The notes beneath the pieces were generated by a model that worked only from the letters and a program-made list of their open reading frames with translations, was not told the DNA's origin and made no database searches. A DNA stretch of 64,000 nt from an uncultured Candidatus Saccharibacteria bacterium (lineage in GTDB: Bacteria > Patescibacteriota > Minisyncoccia > Phycocordibacterales > Phycocordibacteraceae). The stretch is from assembly GCA_964646315.1 (NCBI GenBank), contig CAZYDN010000002.1, forward strand, positions 962-64,961, given 5' to 3'. The position numbers and the translations under genes are program-made. Positions 8,216 to 17,238 of this stretch are shown here, in pieces; within the stretch, counting starts at the first letter, position 1; each line of letters begins with the position of its first letter.

Positions 8216-10585
8216 ATGAAGGCAAGGCGGGGAATTGTTCTATTTGCGCTGGTAACAGTGGCATTTTTCTGTGGAGGGGCAACCCTTACGCATGCGCAGC
8301 TATCTCTCACTAGTGGAAGTAATGCCACCACCACCCCGAGTGTCGCCACCTCCATTACGGGCTTTCAGATTGTGGGAGACGCTGCTTCAACTACACCGGT
8401 GAAGCTCTACACCACAAGCGGCACGCTCACCATGACGACCACGACGGGTCTTACCTTTGATGGAAGCTCGTCTGGTTCGGTTATTTACTTTAGTGGTACG
8501 GTCGCAAACATTAACGCGGCATTAGCCACGCTTAAGTATTCACGCGCAAGTACTGGTACCGACACGCTCGAGGTATCTCTGGTAAACAACGGCGAAGTTT
8601 TCTTTACTACAAACAATCACCTTTATAAATTTATTACCGGTAGTTACAACTGGAGTGCTGCCAAGACTGCGGCTGAGGGTCTTTCTGCATATGGAGCTGC
8701 AGGATACCTCGCCACCATTACCTCAGATGCAGAGAATACTTTTGTCTCGGGGCGTCTCACGGGCGACGGATGGATAGGAGCGAGTGACTCCGGAACTGAA
8801 GGTACCTGGAAATGGGTAACGGGCCCAGAAGCAAACACCTCGTTCTGGCAGGGTACTGGAGGCGGAAGCACAGTGGGCGGAAACTACGCTCACTGGGCTA
8901 GTGGGGAGCCTAATCAGGCTGGGGAAGAGGACTGTGCGGAAACGTATGTCTCGAGTGGTACCTGGAATGATTTCCCTTGCTCTGCGACACTCGGGTATGT
9001 TGTTGAGTACGGGACCCCAAGCGCATTGCCAACGGTTGTTGCTCGTAATATTTCAGTTGTAACTGCGGACGTGCCGGCAATTACCACGCTCTCGCCAGCA
9101 AACGCCGCTACAAGTGTTAGCAGTACTGCTAATTTGGTTATCGGTTTTAGTAAGTCAGTGACTGCGGGGACGGGGAATATCACTATTAAAAAATCTTCCG
9201 ATGATAGTATTTTTGAAACTATTGACGTAACGGGCGGTCAGGTCACGGGAGGGGGATCAAGTTCAATCACCATAAACCCAACGGGAACATTCGCGGACAA
9301 TACACAATATTATGTACTCGTGCCATCGACTGCATTTAAGGATGGTTCAAACAACTATTTTGATGGTATATCAGCTACAACTACGTGGACATTTACCTCC
9401 GGTGACTTTACTGCGCCAAGCATTAGCTCCGTCACCGCAAGCTCTACAGCCTCTGCTACCGCACAAGTTGCCTGGACCACAAATGAACTCGCCTCATCAA
9501 AGGTTAGCTACGGACCAACTTCTTCGTACGGAACCACCACTACCATTTCTGATACCTCTCCTCGGGTGCTTTCACATACGGTGTCTCTTTCCCGTCTGCT
9601 TGCTTGTACTACGTACCATTACGCAGTGGTCTCTGCAGATGCGTCCTCTAATATTGCTACCTCTACCGACGGCACGTTTATTACAAGTGGGTGCGTGGCA
9701 AGTACTACTCCAACAGCAGCTACTTCTACAAACGTTACCACTAGTAGTGGTGGGTCCACTACGCTCACAAACAGCAATGCCACTATTACGGTGAGTGCTC
9801 CTAGTAACTTCACCGCAACAACTAGCTCAGTAGTCATTCAAGTGCAAGCGATTCCCCAGGCGGACATTGTGGGGACTGTAGGTACACCTGCTTCAGGAGT
9901 TACAAAGGTTGGAACAATTGTGTTTGACGTGAAGGCAATCATCGATTCGAGCACCGTGCTTGATTCGTTTGACGCTCCAGTCACTATTACCTACACCTAT
10001 ACCGATGCAGACATTGCGGGTCTCGATGAGTCCAGCTTAACGCTCTATCACTACCACAACAGTGCATGGATAGAGCTTGATAGCTGTACCGTAACAGCGA
10101 GTACCAATACTATTTCCTGCACAACTCCTAATTTCTCCATTTTCTCTCTGTATGGACAGCCACTCTCGACTGCAAGTACCCGGGGGCGCAGTACCAGTAT
10201 CGCAACAGTATTTGGATGCAAAGATGTAACGGCGGCTAACTACAATTATTTCTCTGTCAGTAAGCCCTCACTATGTGTGTATGCACGCACCGCTACAGCA
10301 TCTGCACCTGTAACATCTGCGAGCATTTTTACTCGTGATTTGAAGACGGGAAGTTCAGGAACCGACGTGCGTGCACTTCAGCAGTTTCTTAATACTCACG
10401 GGTATCCTGTAGCACTGAAGGGGGCAGGGTCTCTAGGAAATGAAACCACTACCTTTGGAGCGCTCACTCGTGATGCTCTAGCGAAGTTTCAGGCTGCAAA
10501 CAAAATTGCACCAACGCAAGGATATTTCGGTCCACTTACTCGTTCTAAAATAGTGGGAATTTTTACTGTTGCGAATGCCCGCTAG
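8216..10585 (+). CDS. large secreted surface protein: signal peptide, canonical C-type lectin domain (WIG..D..EGTWKW..G...W...EPN...EDC...G.WND..C), Ig-like/FN3-like domains, Thr/Ser-rich linkers, C-terminal peptidoglycan-binding domain
   Basis: CTLD signature residues seen in aa about 140-265. The C-terminal block (GTDVRALQQFL...) is related to the C-terminus of the 2196-3314 protein. Confidence 0.7.
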   Translation: MKARRGIVLFALVTVAFFCGGATLTHAQLSLTSGSNATTTPSVATSITGFQIVGDAASTTPVKLYTTSGTLTMTTTTGLTFDGSSSGSVIYFSGTVANINAALATLKYSRASTGTDTLEVSLVNNGEVFFTTNNHLYKFITGSYNWSAAKTAAEGLSAYGAAGYLATITSDAENTFVSGRLTGDGWIGASDSGTEGTWKWVTGPEANTSFWQGTGGGSTVGGNYAHWASGEPNQAGEEDCAETYVSSGTWNDFPCSATLGYVVEYGTPSALPTVVARNISVVTADVPAITTLSPANAATSVSSTANLVIGFSKSVTAGTGNITIKKSSDDSIFETIDVTGGQVTGGGSSSITINPTGTFADNTQYYVLVPSTAFKDGSNNYFDGISATTTWTFTSGDFTAPSISSVTASSTASATAQVAWTTNELASSKVSYGPTSSYGTTTTISDTSPRVLSHTVSLSRLLACTTYHYAVVSADASSNIATSTDGTFITSGCVASTTPTAATSTNVTTSSGGSTTLTNSNATITVSAPSNFTATTSSVVIQVQAIPQADIVGTVGTPASGVTKVGTIVFDVKAIIDSSTVLDSFDAPVTITYTYTDADIAGLDESSLTLYHYHNSAWIELDSCTVTASTNTISCTTPNFSIFSLYGQPLSTASTRGRSTSIATVFGCKDVTAANYNYFSVSKPSLCVYARTATASAPVTSASIFTRDLKTGSSGTDVRALQQFLNTHGYPVALKGAGSLGNETTTFGALTRDALAKFQAANKIAPTQGYFGPLTRSKIVGIFTVANAR

Positions 10586-10636
10586 TTTTTAGCTTTATGA
10601 CATCTTCATGTGGAAGGTGATAAGGTAAAAATATCT

Positions 10637-11209
10637 ATGAACATAACAAACATGATACTCGTGGTGGTTGCAGTGGCCGTGCTCGCGTACGGTGCCTGGT
10701 TTGTAACACTTCGTCCAAAGAGTGCTACTCCCACCCCGGTGGTCCCTGTGGCGGTACTTTCGTTTGAGGAGTGTCTGCGTGCCGGGTATCCGGTTATGGA
10801 AAGCAACCCTCGCCAGTGTAAGACTCCTGACGGACGGACCTATGCAGAGGAACTACCTGTAGAGGCTACGTATGTGAACGCGAGCGCGGAAGCTATTACT
10901 ATAGAGAACCCTTTTCCTGGTGCAGTTACCGGAAAGAGCTTTACGGTGATGGGGAAGGCTCGCGGAATGTGGTATTTCGAAGCGTCTTTTCCTATTGAGC
11001 TGCGCGACCAAAATGGAAAAGTTATCGCTACAGGAATAGCACAGGCCCAGGGCGACTGGATGACTACGGAATTTGTACCTTACAAAGCCCAGATTTCTGC
11101 CCCTAATTCTTATATGGGTGCCGCTACTCTCGTGCTCAAGAAAGATAATCCTTCGGGACTTCCTGATAAGGATGCTTCCATGTTGGTACCTATAACGATC
11201 GAATATTAG
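10637..11209 (+). CDS. Gmad2-like Ig-fold domain protein with N-terminal TM anchor
   Basis: C-terminal half resembles the Gmad2 domain. Confidence 0.5.
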   Translation: MNITNMILVVVAVAVLAYGAWFVTLRPKSATPTPVVPVAVLSFEECLRAGYPVMESNPRQCKTPDGRTYAEELPVEATYVNASAEAITIENPFPGAVTGKSFTVMGKARGMWYFEASFPIELRDQNGKVIATGIAQAQGDWMTTEFVPYKAQISAPNSYMGAATLVLKKDNPSGLPDKDASMLVPITIEY

Positions 11210-11303
11210 GGCTCCATTACAACGTCTTTGGGCGGGTGAGGAGTGATATTGCTTTTTGCAAACAGTATGATATAATTAACATACTAACTCAATCATACTC
11301 ACC

Positions 11304-11858
11304 ATGTCCGAATTCAAGAAGAAATTTAGTAGAGACAGCAAGCCAGGCGGATTTTCCCGTGGTGGCGCTAGTCGCTCAAACTTTGGTGGTGACCGACGCC
11401 AAGACAGTCGTGGATTTGATGCTCCAAAGGAGCTCTACAAGACTTCGTGTGCAAAGTGCCAGAACGCTTGTGAGGTACCATTCCGTCCAAACGGTATGAA
11501 GCCGGTGTACTGCAAAGATTGTTTCGTGCGTGACGACGAGCGTTCTCCTCGCGACTCCTTCCAGAAGAAGAGTTTCGGAAACGACCGTCCTTCATACGGA
11601 AACGATCGTGCACCTGCTCGTGCGGCTGCACCAGTGGAGGATTACCGTATCGGTGCAATCCTTAAGGAGCTTCAAGCAGTTCATGCGAAAATTGAACACC
11701 TAAGTGCACAGCTCTCAAACACCGCATACTCTTCGATTCTTTCTGGCTCTACGGAGAAATCAAAAAAGGAGGAAGTCAAGGAAGTAAAAAAGGCACCCGC
11801 TGCAAAGAAAGAAGTAAAAATTGCTAAGGTAGCAAAGAAAGTTTCCAAGAAAAAGTAA
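11304..11858 (+). CDS. zinc-ribbon protein (CxxC...VPFRPNGMKPVYCKDC) with RGG-rich N-terminus and Lys-rich C-terminal tail; likely nucleic-acid binding
   Basis: Promoter TTGCAA-17-TATAAT lies upstream. A terminator follows. Confidence 0.6.
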   Translation: MSEFKKKFSRDSKPGGFSRGGASRSNFGGDRRQDSRGFDAPKELYKTSCAKCQNACEVPFRPNGMKPVYCKDCFVRDDERSPRDSFQKKSFGNDRPSYGNDRAPARAAAPVEDYRIGAILKELQAVHAKIEHLSAQLSNTAYSSILSGSTEKSKKEEVKEVKKAPAAKKEVKIAKVAKKVSKKK

Positions 11859-11874
11859 GAAGAAATTGCAACGT

Positions 11875-11903
11875 AAAAAGGCCTCTCTGAGGCCTTTTTA
11901 CGT
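11875..11903 (+). terminator. rho-independent terminator (aaaaaggcctctctgaggccttttt)
   Basis: Hairpin plus T-run. Confidence 0.7.
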
Positions 11904-11936
11904 ATATACGACAGAACCAGGTCCAATGGGTAACAT

Positions 11937-11965
11937 TTGACTAAACCAATATACCTATATATAAT
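11937..11965 (+). promoter_or_regulatory. near-consensus sigma70-like promoter TTGACT-17bp-TATAAT
   Basis: Seen in sequence, about 30 bp upstream of the small ORF at 11993. Confidence 0.5.
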
Positions 11966-11992
11966 AATAGCAGGTGTTAGAAGGGAAAAATC

Positions 11993-12154
11993 ATGGGTAT
12001 TTTTTCGGCCGGCCCTTTGGGGGCAGTTGTCGGACTCCTTGCCATCGGCGTCTTCGTTGGCGGTGGACTCGCGTGGACGATTCGAGGAGGTTGGATGCGC
12101 CAGCCCAAAAAGAAGAAAACGGGCAGATTCACCATGTTTCCAGCCAACGACTGA
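11993..12154 (+). CDS. unannotated small membrane protein (53 aa, MGIFSAGPLGAVVGLLAIGVFVGGGLAWTIRGGWMRQPKKKKTGRFTMFPAND)
   Basis: ATG with AAGGG SD 8 nt upstream, a single TM helix, and a hairpin (12166-12200) downstream. It is below the ORF-track length cutoff. Confidence 0.4.
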   Translation: MGIFSAGPLGAVVGLLAIGVFVGGGLAWTIRGGWMRQPKKKKTGRFTMFPAND

Positions 12155-12252
12155 GGTGCTCTAACGGGGCCGGGGTGATATACACCCCGGCCCAACTTTT
12201 ATACTCTTTACCACTCTGCAAATTGGGTTTCCAGGTGAGATATACTATAGGT

Positions 12253-13047
12253 ATGGAAGCACTATACATATCTCTCGGTCTATTGTTTTGCTACATGTGT
12301 GTGGCATTTGGTATTTCACTTATTCGCAGGGATAACGGCACTGCCGATATTGCGTATGGGTGGGGTTTTGCGCTCCTTGCGTGGACTACCTATCTATTCG
12401 GCACACAAAGCGTTATTGGTTTTATCGTGAGCGTTCTTGCCTCGGTGTGGGCACTGAGACTCTCACTTCGTATATTTTTACGCAGTCGAGGAAAGCCAGA
12501 AGATTTTAGATATGCGAAGTGGAGGGCACAGTGGGGTAGGCACTTCGCGGTACGGAGTTTCTTGCAGGTGTATATGTTGCAGGGTGCCGTCATAGCCGTC
12601 GTTGCGCTTCCGGTAACACTGCTTAACGTATATGGAGGAGAGGTGGGGCTGGGAACCGCGGGCATGATAGGACTTTCCTTGTGGATAATTGGATTTCTTT
12701 TTGAAACAATCGGAGACGCCCAATTAGGAAAATTTATGAAGGACTCGGCAAATAAGGGTCATGTCATGAGTAAGGGTCTGTGGCGATTTACTCGCCACCC
12801 CAACTATTTTGGCGAGTCACTTATGTGGTGGGCGCTTTCGCTCGTTGCCTATGACACGCTCATACTTACCGCAGGATTGCCCCTTGCTCTCGTGCCCTTT
12901 GTTGGGGCGATGCTCATTACGTTCTTGCTTTTGAAAGTGTCGGGCGTACCTCTTCTTGAGGCTCGCTTTGCAGGGAACCCTGAGTGGGAAGCGTACAAGA
13001 GGCGAACCAGTGTGTTTATTCCACTTCCACCTTCTCGCAAAAAATAG
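12253..13047 (+). CDS. DUF1295 / steroid-5-alpha-reductase-like membrane protein (RHPNYFGE motif)
   Basis: The hydrophobic protein starts at MEALYISLG. The ORF-track N-terminal extension from 11974 is non-membrane, overlaps the sORF and hairpin, and is judged spurious. Confidence 0.65.
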   Translation: MEALYISLGLLFCYMCVAFGISLIRRDNGTADIAYGWGFALLAWTTYLFGTQSVIGFIVSVLASVWALRLSLRIFLRSRGKPEDFRYAKWRAQWGRHFAVRSFLQVYMLQGAVIAVVALPVTLLNVYGGEVGLGTAGMIGLSLWIIGFLFETIGDAQLGKFMKDSANKGHVMSKGLWRFTRHPNYFGESLMWWALSLVAYDTLILTAGLPLALVPFVGAMLITFLLLKVSGVPLLEARFAGNPEWEAYKRRTSVFIPLPPSRKK

Positions 13048-13058
13048 CCTCTTAGTCT

Positions 13059-13445
13059 ATGAATATGAAAACAAACACAGGATTACTGATTGTATTGCTG
13101 GTAGTGGTAAGTGCGGGTATGGGGTATCTGGTGGGGTCTAGTACTCCTCGAACAACTGTACATAAGATGTCCGACGGAAGGGAAATGACTGATACGTCTA
13201 TGTCCATGCATGACGAAATGGCAGGTATGATGAGTAGTCTCTCGGGCAAGGAAGGTGATGAGCTTGATAAGGCATTCCTAGCGGAGATGATTGTCCATCA
13301 CGAAGGCGCGGTCGACATGGCAAAAGCGGTGCTAGCAAAAGGGAAGCATCCTGAGCTTCAAAAAATGGCAACTGACATTATCGAAGCACAGACAAAGGAA
13401 ATCGCCCAGATGAAGGAGTGGCAAACAGCTTGGTACAAACAGTAA
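13059..13445 (+). CDS. DUF305-family protein (MIVHHEGAVDMA motif)
   Basis: Motif seen; secreted or anchored. Confidence 0.65.
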   Translation: MNMKTNTGLLIVLLVVVSAGMGYLVGSSTPRTTVHKMSDGREMTDTSMSMHDEMAGMMSSLSGKEGDELDKAFLAEMIVHHEGAVDMAKAVLAKGKHPELQKMATDIIEAQTKEIAQMKEWQTAWYKQ

Positions 13446-13457
13446 ATGTAGAAGCCA

Positions 13458-13497
13458 CAGCAGAAAACGCGCTCTGTCCGGGCGCGTTTTCTGCTGT
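13458..13497 (+). terminator. rho-independent terminator (cagcagaaaacgcgc...gcgcgttttctgctg)
   Basis: 15-bp stem. Confidence 0.7.
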
Positions 13498-13517
13498 CCT
13501 GATAGAATAGACAGAAT

Positions 13518-14903
13518 ATGCTTCCCAATCATTCCCCCTGGATTTCCCAATTGAACAGAACGCGCCCCGTCACTCCTCTTGAAGAAGATCTTGTTGCTGA
13601 TGTGGTAATTGTGGGCGGAGGTATTGCGGGAATAATGACTGCGTTTTTCACGCTTCGCGATACCGACCACGCAGTACTACTACTTGAGGCTGATAAAATA
13701 GCGCACGGCGCAACCGGACACAATGCCGGACAACTCGCCACCTACTTTGAACGATCGTTTGCAACACTAGTACAAGAATTTGGACTTACCCTGGCTTCAG
13801 ACGGGCAACGTGCAGTCGAGGACGCTTGGGGACTTCTCGACGAAGTGGTACGTCATGCGAAGCTCTCTACGCCTATTCACCGTTTTACCGGATACGCAGG
13901 AGTGAGTACACTTCCGCAACTCATAGAACATCTTGAAGATACCCGGTTGCGTGTAATTGGCGGTCTCGCTCCGGAGCGAACTATTGTATCGCGAGAGTGG
14001 AGTGAGGTTTCATCCATTCCTTCTCAATTTGAAGGACTATACGAGCTCGGTAGTAGGGATGATGTACTCACGCTTCTTGAGACGCCCCAAAGTGAATATG
14101 TGGCGGCTATAGCTTCTCAAAAGGGATGTGCAAACAGCGCTCTCCTTAGTGAAGAAATTACGGGATATTTACTCGCAACCTACAAAGAGCGATTCAGACT
14201 TCACGAGGGAACTGCCGTAACGGATGTTCGTTTGAAGGAAAAGGGCGCTACGCTCACTGCGATGGGAAAGACTATTAGTGCTTCGCGTGTGGTTCTTGCA
14301 ACTAACGGGTTTGAAAATTTCACTATTTATAACGAACAGGGTTCGGATATAAATACTGCATTTCATCACGAAGTACGCGGACGAATAGGATATATGGCGG
14401 GATACTTGGAACCACGCGCCACTGCTGCTACCGCAATCAGTTACTATCCTCGACCCGCACACATACAAAAGGACCCTACCGGGGATCCGTATTTCTATTT
14501 AACCCGCAGACCTCACGAACACGAGGGAAGTGATGCTTGGAGTCTGGTTTGTGCGGGGGGTCCAGATAAAGTGCTCCCAAATCTTGCTCTCTACTCACGT
14601 ACCCATGGATGCGACGAAGAAATGAAAGAAGAAATTCATGACTTTCTAAGAAAAGGGTACCGACTCTACACTGCAGAAAATACAGACCACTCATTTTGTT
14701 GGCATGGTTTGATGGGATACACCCCTAACCGAGTGAGACGGGTGGGTGTAGAACCTCTCCATCCAGCACTCCTTTATAATCTTGGTTGCAATGGTGTTGG
14801 ACTACTTCCATCCATCATGGGAGGTGCTCGTGTTGCCCAAATTCTAGGTGGAAAGGTGCTCCCACCTTCAATATTTGACCCACTCTCTCATCCAAAAATG
14901 TAG
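13518..14903 (+). CDS. FAD-dependent oxidoreductase (DAO family)
   Basis: The GxGxxG motif VVIVGGGIAGIMTAF is near the N-terminus. Confidence 0.75.
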   Translation: MLPNHSPWISQLNRTRPVTPLEEDLVADVVIVGGGIAGIMTAFFTLRDTDHAVLLLEADKIAHGATGHNAGQLATYFERSFATLVQEFGLTLASDGQRAVEDAWGLLDEVVRHAKLSTPIHRFTGYAGVSTLPQLIEHLEDTRLRVIGGLAPERTIVSREWSEVSSIPSQFEGLYELGSRDDVLTLLETPQSEYVAAIASQKGCANSALLSEEITGYLLATYKERFRLHEGTAVTDVRLKEKGATLTAMGKTISASRVVLATNGFENFTIYNEQGSDINTAFHHEVRGRIGYMAGYLEPRATAATAISYYPRPAHIQKDPTGDPYFYLTRRPHEHEGSDAWSLVCAGGPDKVLPNLALYSRTHGCDEEMKEEIHDFLRKGYRLYTAENTDHSFCWHGLMGYTPNRVRRVGVEPLHPALLYNLGCNGVGLLPSIMGGARVAQILGGKVLPPSIFDPLSHPKM

Positions 14904-14968
14904 TGTATAACTCGTAGTATGAAGAAATCAGGTGGTATCGTTACGGTATACCTACTTAATTAATCTGT

Positions 14969-15355
14969 ATGCTCGAAGTATTCATTGCAAAGCTGTTCGG
15001 TCTCTACCTCATCATCATGGGTGTACTCGTGCTCACGAAGAAGAAGTCAGTCATGCCAGCAGTTATGGATCTGGTGAAGAACCGTGCACTCACGATTGTT
15101 CTTGGAACACTCTCACTTGTCGCAGGTCTTGCCGTTGTGCTTGCCTTCCAGGATGTATCAATGACTCCTACCGGACTCATTTCCCTTATCGGATACATGA
15201 TGGTAGTAGAAGGTATTATCTACCTCGCACTCCCTGTAAAGAGCGTTCAGAAGATGGTTCGCTCTTTCGGAAATAAGCAGTGGTTTATGGTGAGCGGTAT
15301 CGTAGCAGTACTCGCAGGTATCTACCTCGCAGGTTTCGGCTTCGGACTCTTTTAA
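14969..15355 (+). CDS. hypothetical 4-TM membrane protein
   Basis: Hydrophobic ORF followed by a terminator. Confidence 0.5.
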   Translation: MLEVFIAKLFGLYLIIMGVLVLTKKKSVMPAVMDLVKNRALTIVLGTLSLVAGLAVVLAFQDVSMTPTGLISLIGYMMVVEGIIYLALPVKSVQKMVRSFGNKQWFMVSGIVAVLAGIYLAGFGFGLF

Positions 15356-15366
15356 GCGTACGCTTC

Positions 15367-15396
15367 TCCTCATAGTAAAAGCGCCCGAGAGGGCGC
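15367..15396 (+). terminator. rho-independent terminator (aaaagcgcccgagagggcgctttt)
   Basis: Hairpin plus T-run. Confidence 0.7.
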
Positions 15397-15487
15397 TTTT
15401 ACTATTGTGTGCGTTACATGCAAGAAATGAGCTATTCACTGCGTACTATAAGAGGCAGAATCTGTTACACTACAAAAACACTTTTTT

Positions 15488-15931
15488 ATGAAGCACTCAT
15501 ATCTCTTTCCTGTGGCGCTTGCCGTGGTCGCTCTCATATTGGGCGCTGTCTATATGACCACTTCCTCAACACCAACGGACAGGGTTTCATTACCCGCACC
15601 GGAAGTATCGGTACCCCAAGCGAACGTGCCCGAGCCAGGCGACACCTCAAAATCTCCAACTCCTACGACCACGGTTGAACCCACACCTACAGTAACGGGT
15701 ATGTACTCCATGACTGACATTGCCACGCATGCCTCTGCTCAGAGTTGTTGGACGACCATTAACGGGAATGTGTACGACGTTACTGCTTGGATAGCCAAAC
15801 ATCCCGGAGGTGCATCTGCCATTCTTTCGCTTTGCGGCACAGACGGCTCAGCATCTTTTAGTGGGCAGCATGGTGGGCAACGCCGCCCTGAAGCTGAGCT
15901 TGCAAGTTTCAAAATCGGAACACTTAAATAG
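15488..15931 (+). CDS. membrane-anchored cytochrome b5-like heme-binding domain protein
   Basis: TM helix, a Pro/Thr linker, then the HPGG motif. Confidence 0.65.
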   Translation: MKHSYLFPVALAVVALILGAVYMTTSSTPTDRVSLPAPEVSVPQANVPEPGDTSKSPTPTTTVEPTPTVTGMYSMTDIATHASAQSCWTTINGNVYDVTAWIAKHPGGASAILSLCGTDGSASFSGQHGGQRRPEAELASFKIGTLK

Positions 15932-15936
15932 TTACC

Positions 15937-16350
15937 ATGATTATCTTGCATATACTTGCGATATCGGTGACCGGTCTTACGGTGCTGTATTCGGACGAAC
16001 AGGGGCTCATGTGGATGCTCGGTAAGAAGGAATTACTTGATGCGAAGCGAATTGAACTATTGCACACGATAGTAAGTATTGGTCTTGCTCTCGTTATTCT
16101 TACGGGTGGACTTATGGCGCTGCGAGGACTTACGTACTACCTTCAGAATCCGGTATTCCTGATTAAGATGGGCTTTGTCTTCGTGCTCATTGTGAATGGT
16201 TTGTTTATTGGAAAAATTGCTTCACTAGCGACAACCCGTAGCTTCGCCTCACTTACGTCTCGCGAGCGTTTGCCTCTACTGGTAAGTGGCGCAGCATCAG
16301 TTATGGGATGGGCAGGAGCACTCCTTGCTGGTCTTCTTTTGGGTGGCTAG
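15937..16350 (+). CDS. hypothetical 4-TM membrane protein
   Basis: ORF starts 5 bp after the cyt b5 gene. Confidence 0.45.
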   Translation: MIILHILAISVTGLTVLYSDEQGLMWMLGKKELLDAKRIELLHTIVSIGLALVILTGGLMALRGLTYYLQNPVFLIKMGFVFVLIVNGLFIGKIASLATTRSFASLTSRERLPLLVSGAASVMGWAGALLAGLLLGG

Positions 16351-16365
16351 TGCTAGGATAGTGGT

Positions 16366-16788
16366 ATGTGGATTATCTACGCTTCAGGCTCCGCAGTAGC
16401 TGCAGCTGCCGTCGCCATCTTTGGAAAAATTGGCCTTAAGGATATTGATCCTACCCTCGCCACTATTATTCGGGGTGTAGTAATGGCAGTTATTCTTGTG
16501 GCTGCAGGATTCTTATTTCGCAAATTTGAGGGCTTTAATCCGGCCTTAGTGGGTACACGGGCCTGGGTCTTCATCTTCCTTTCAGCACTTGCCGGTGCAT
16601 CATCATGGGTGTTGTACTTTATGGCGCTTAAGATAGGTCCGGCAAGTGCGGTGGCTGTGCTCGATAAGATGAGTGTCGTACTCATTATTATCTTTGCGGC
16701 CGCATTCTTAGGTGAAGCACTGACTGTGCGAAGTGTGCTCGGTATTATTCTTACCGTAGCAGGTACACTCTTACTATTGTTTAAGTAA
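16366..16788 (+). CDS. EamA-domain (DMT superfamily) small transporter
   Basis: 4-TM EamA-like repeat. Confidence 0.6.
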   Translation: MWIIYASGSAVAAAAVAIFGKIGLKDIDPTLATIIRGVVMAVILVAAGFLFRKFEGFNPALVGTRAWVFIFLSALAGASSWVLYFMALKIGPASAVAVLDKMSVVLIIIFAAAFLGEALTVRSVLGIILTVAGTLLLLFK

Positions 16789-16799
16789 CCCTTATTTAT

Positions 16800-17198
16800 A
16801 TGACTGGATATACAGGAAACATTGAAGAAGAAGCTCTAGAAAACGAAGCGTTTCGCAAAGTGCTGTATACCTCTGCGTATATGCAACTTGTCGTCATGTC
16901 TATTCCTGCAGGAGACGACATTGGTGAGGAGACCCACGGACAGGATCAGTTCATTCGTGTTGAGGAGGGAGAAGGGAAGGCGGTGCTCGATGGAGTTGAG
17001 CACGTACTTTCTGACGGGTATGCGGTGGTTATTCCTGCAAGCACGCTCCATAACATCATCAATACCTCTACCAGTGAGCCTCTGAAGCTTTATTCGCTCT
17101 ACGCTCCTCCTCATCACGCAGACGGCACCATACATGCCACAAAGGCCGAAGCAGAGGCTGATCACGAAGAATACCTGGGTGACGTAACGGAGGGATAA
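16800..17198 (+). CDS. cupin-domain protein
   Basis: Cupin_2-like His/Glu motifs. Confidence 0.6.
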   Translation: MTGYTGNIEEEALENEAFRKVLYTSAYMQLVVMSIPAGDDIGEETHGQDQFIRVEEGEGKAVLDGVEHVLSDGYAVVIPASTLHNIINTSTSEPLKLYSLYAPPHHADGTIHATKAEAEADHEEYLGDVTEG

Positions 17199-17238
17199 CT
17201 CACTATAGTGAAGACTCTCCGCCGTATACTGGAGAGAC

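Noticed and set aside
8600-9000. Possible diversity-generating retroelement targeting the C-type lectin domain
   Set aside because: No RT gene, no template repeat, and the CTLD is N-terminal of classical type rather than a C-terminal VR. It cannot be supported from this window.
11974-12252. N-terminal 93-aa extension of ORF 11974-13047
   Set aside because: Non-ATG (GTG) start, a non-membrane Arg-rich sequence ahead of a polytopic membrane protein, and overlap with a promoter, sORF and terminator hairpin. The true start is taken as the ATG at 12253.
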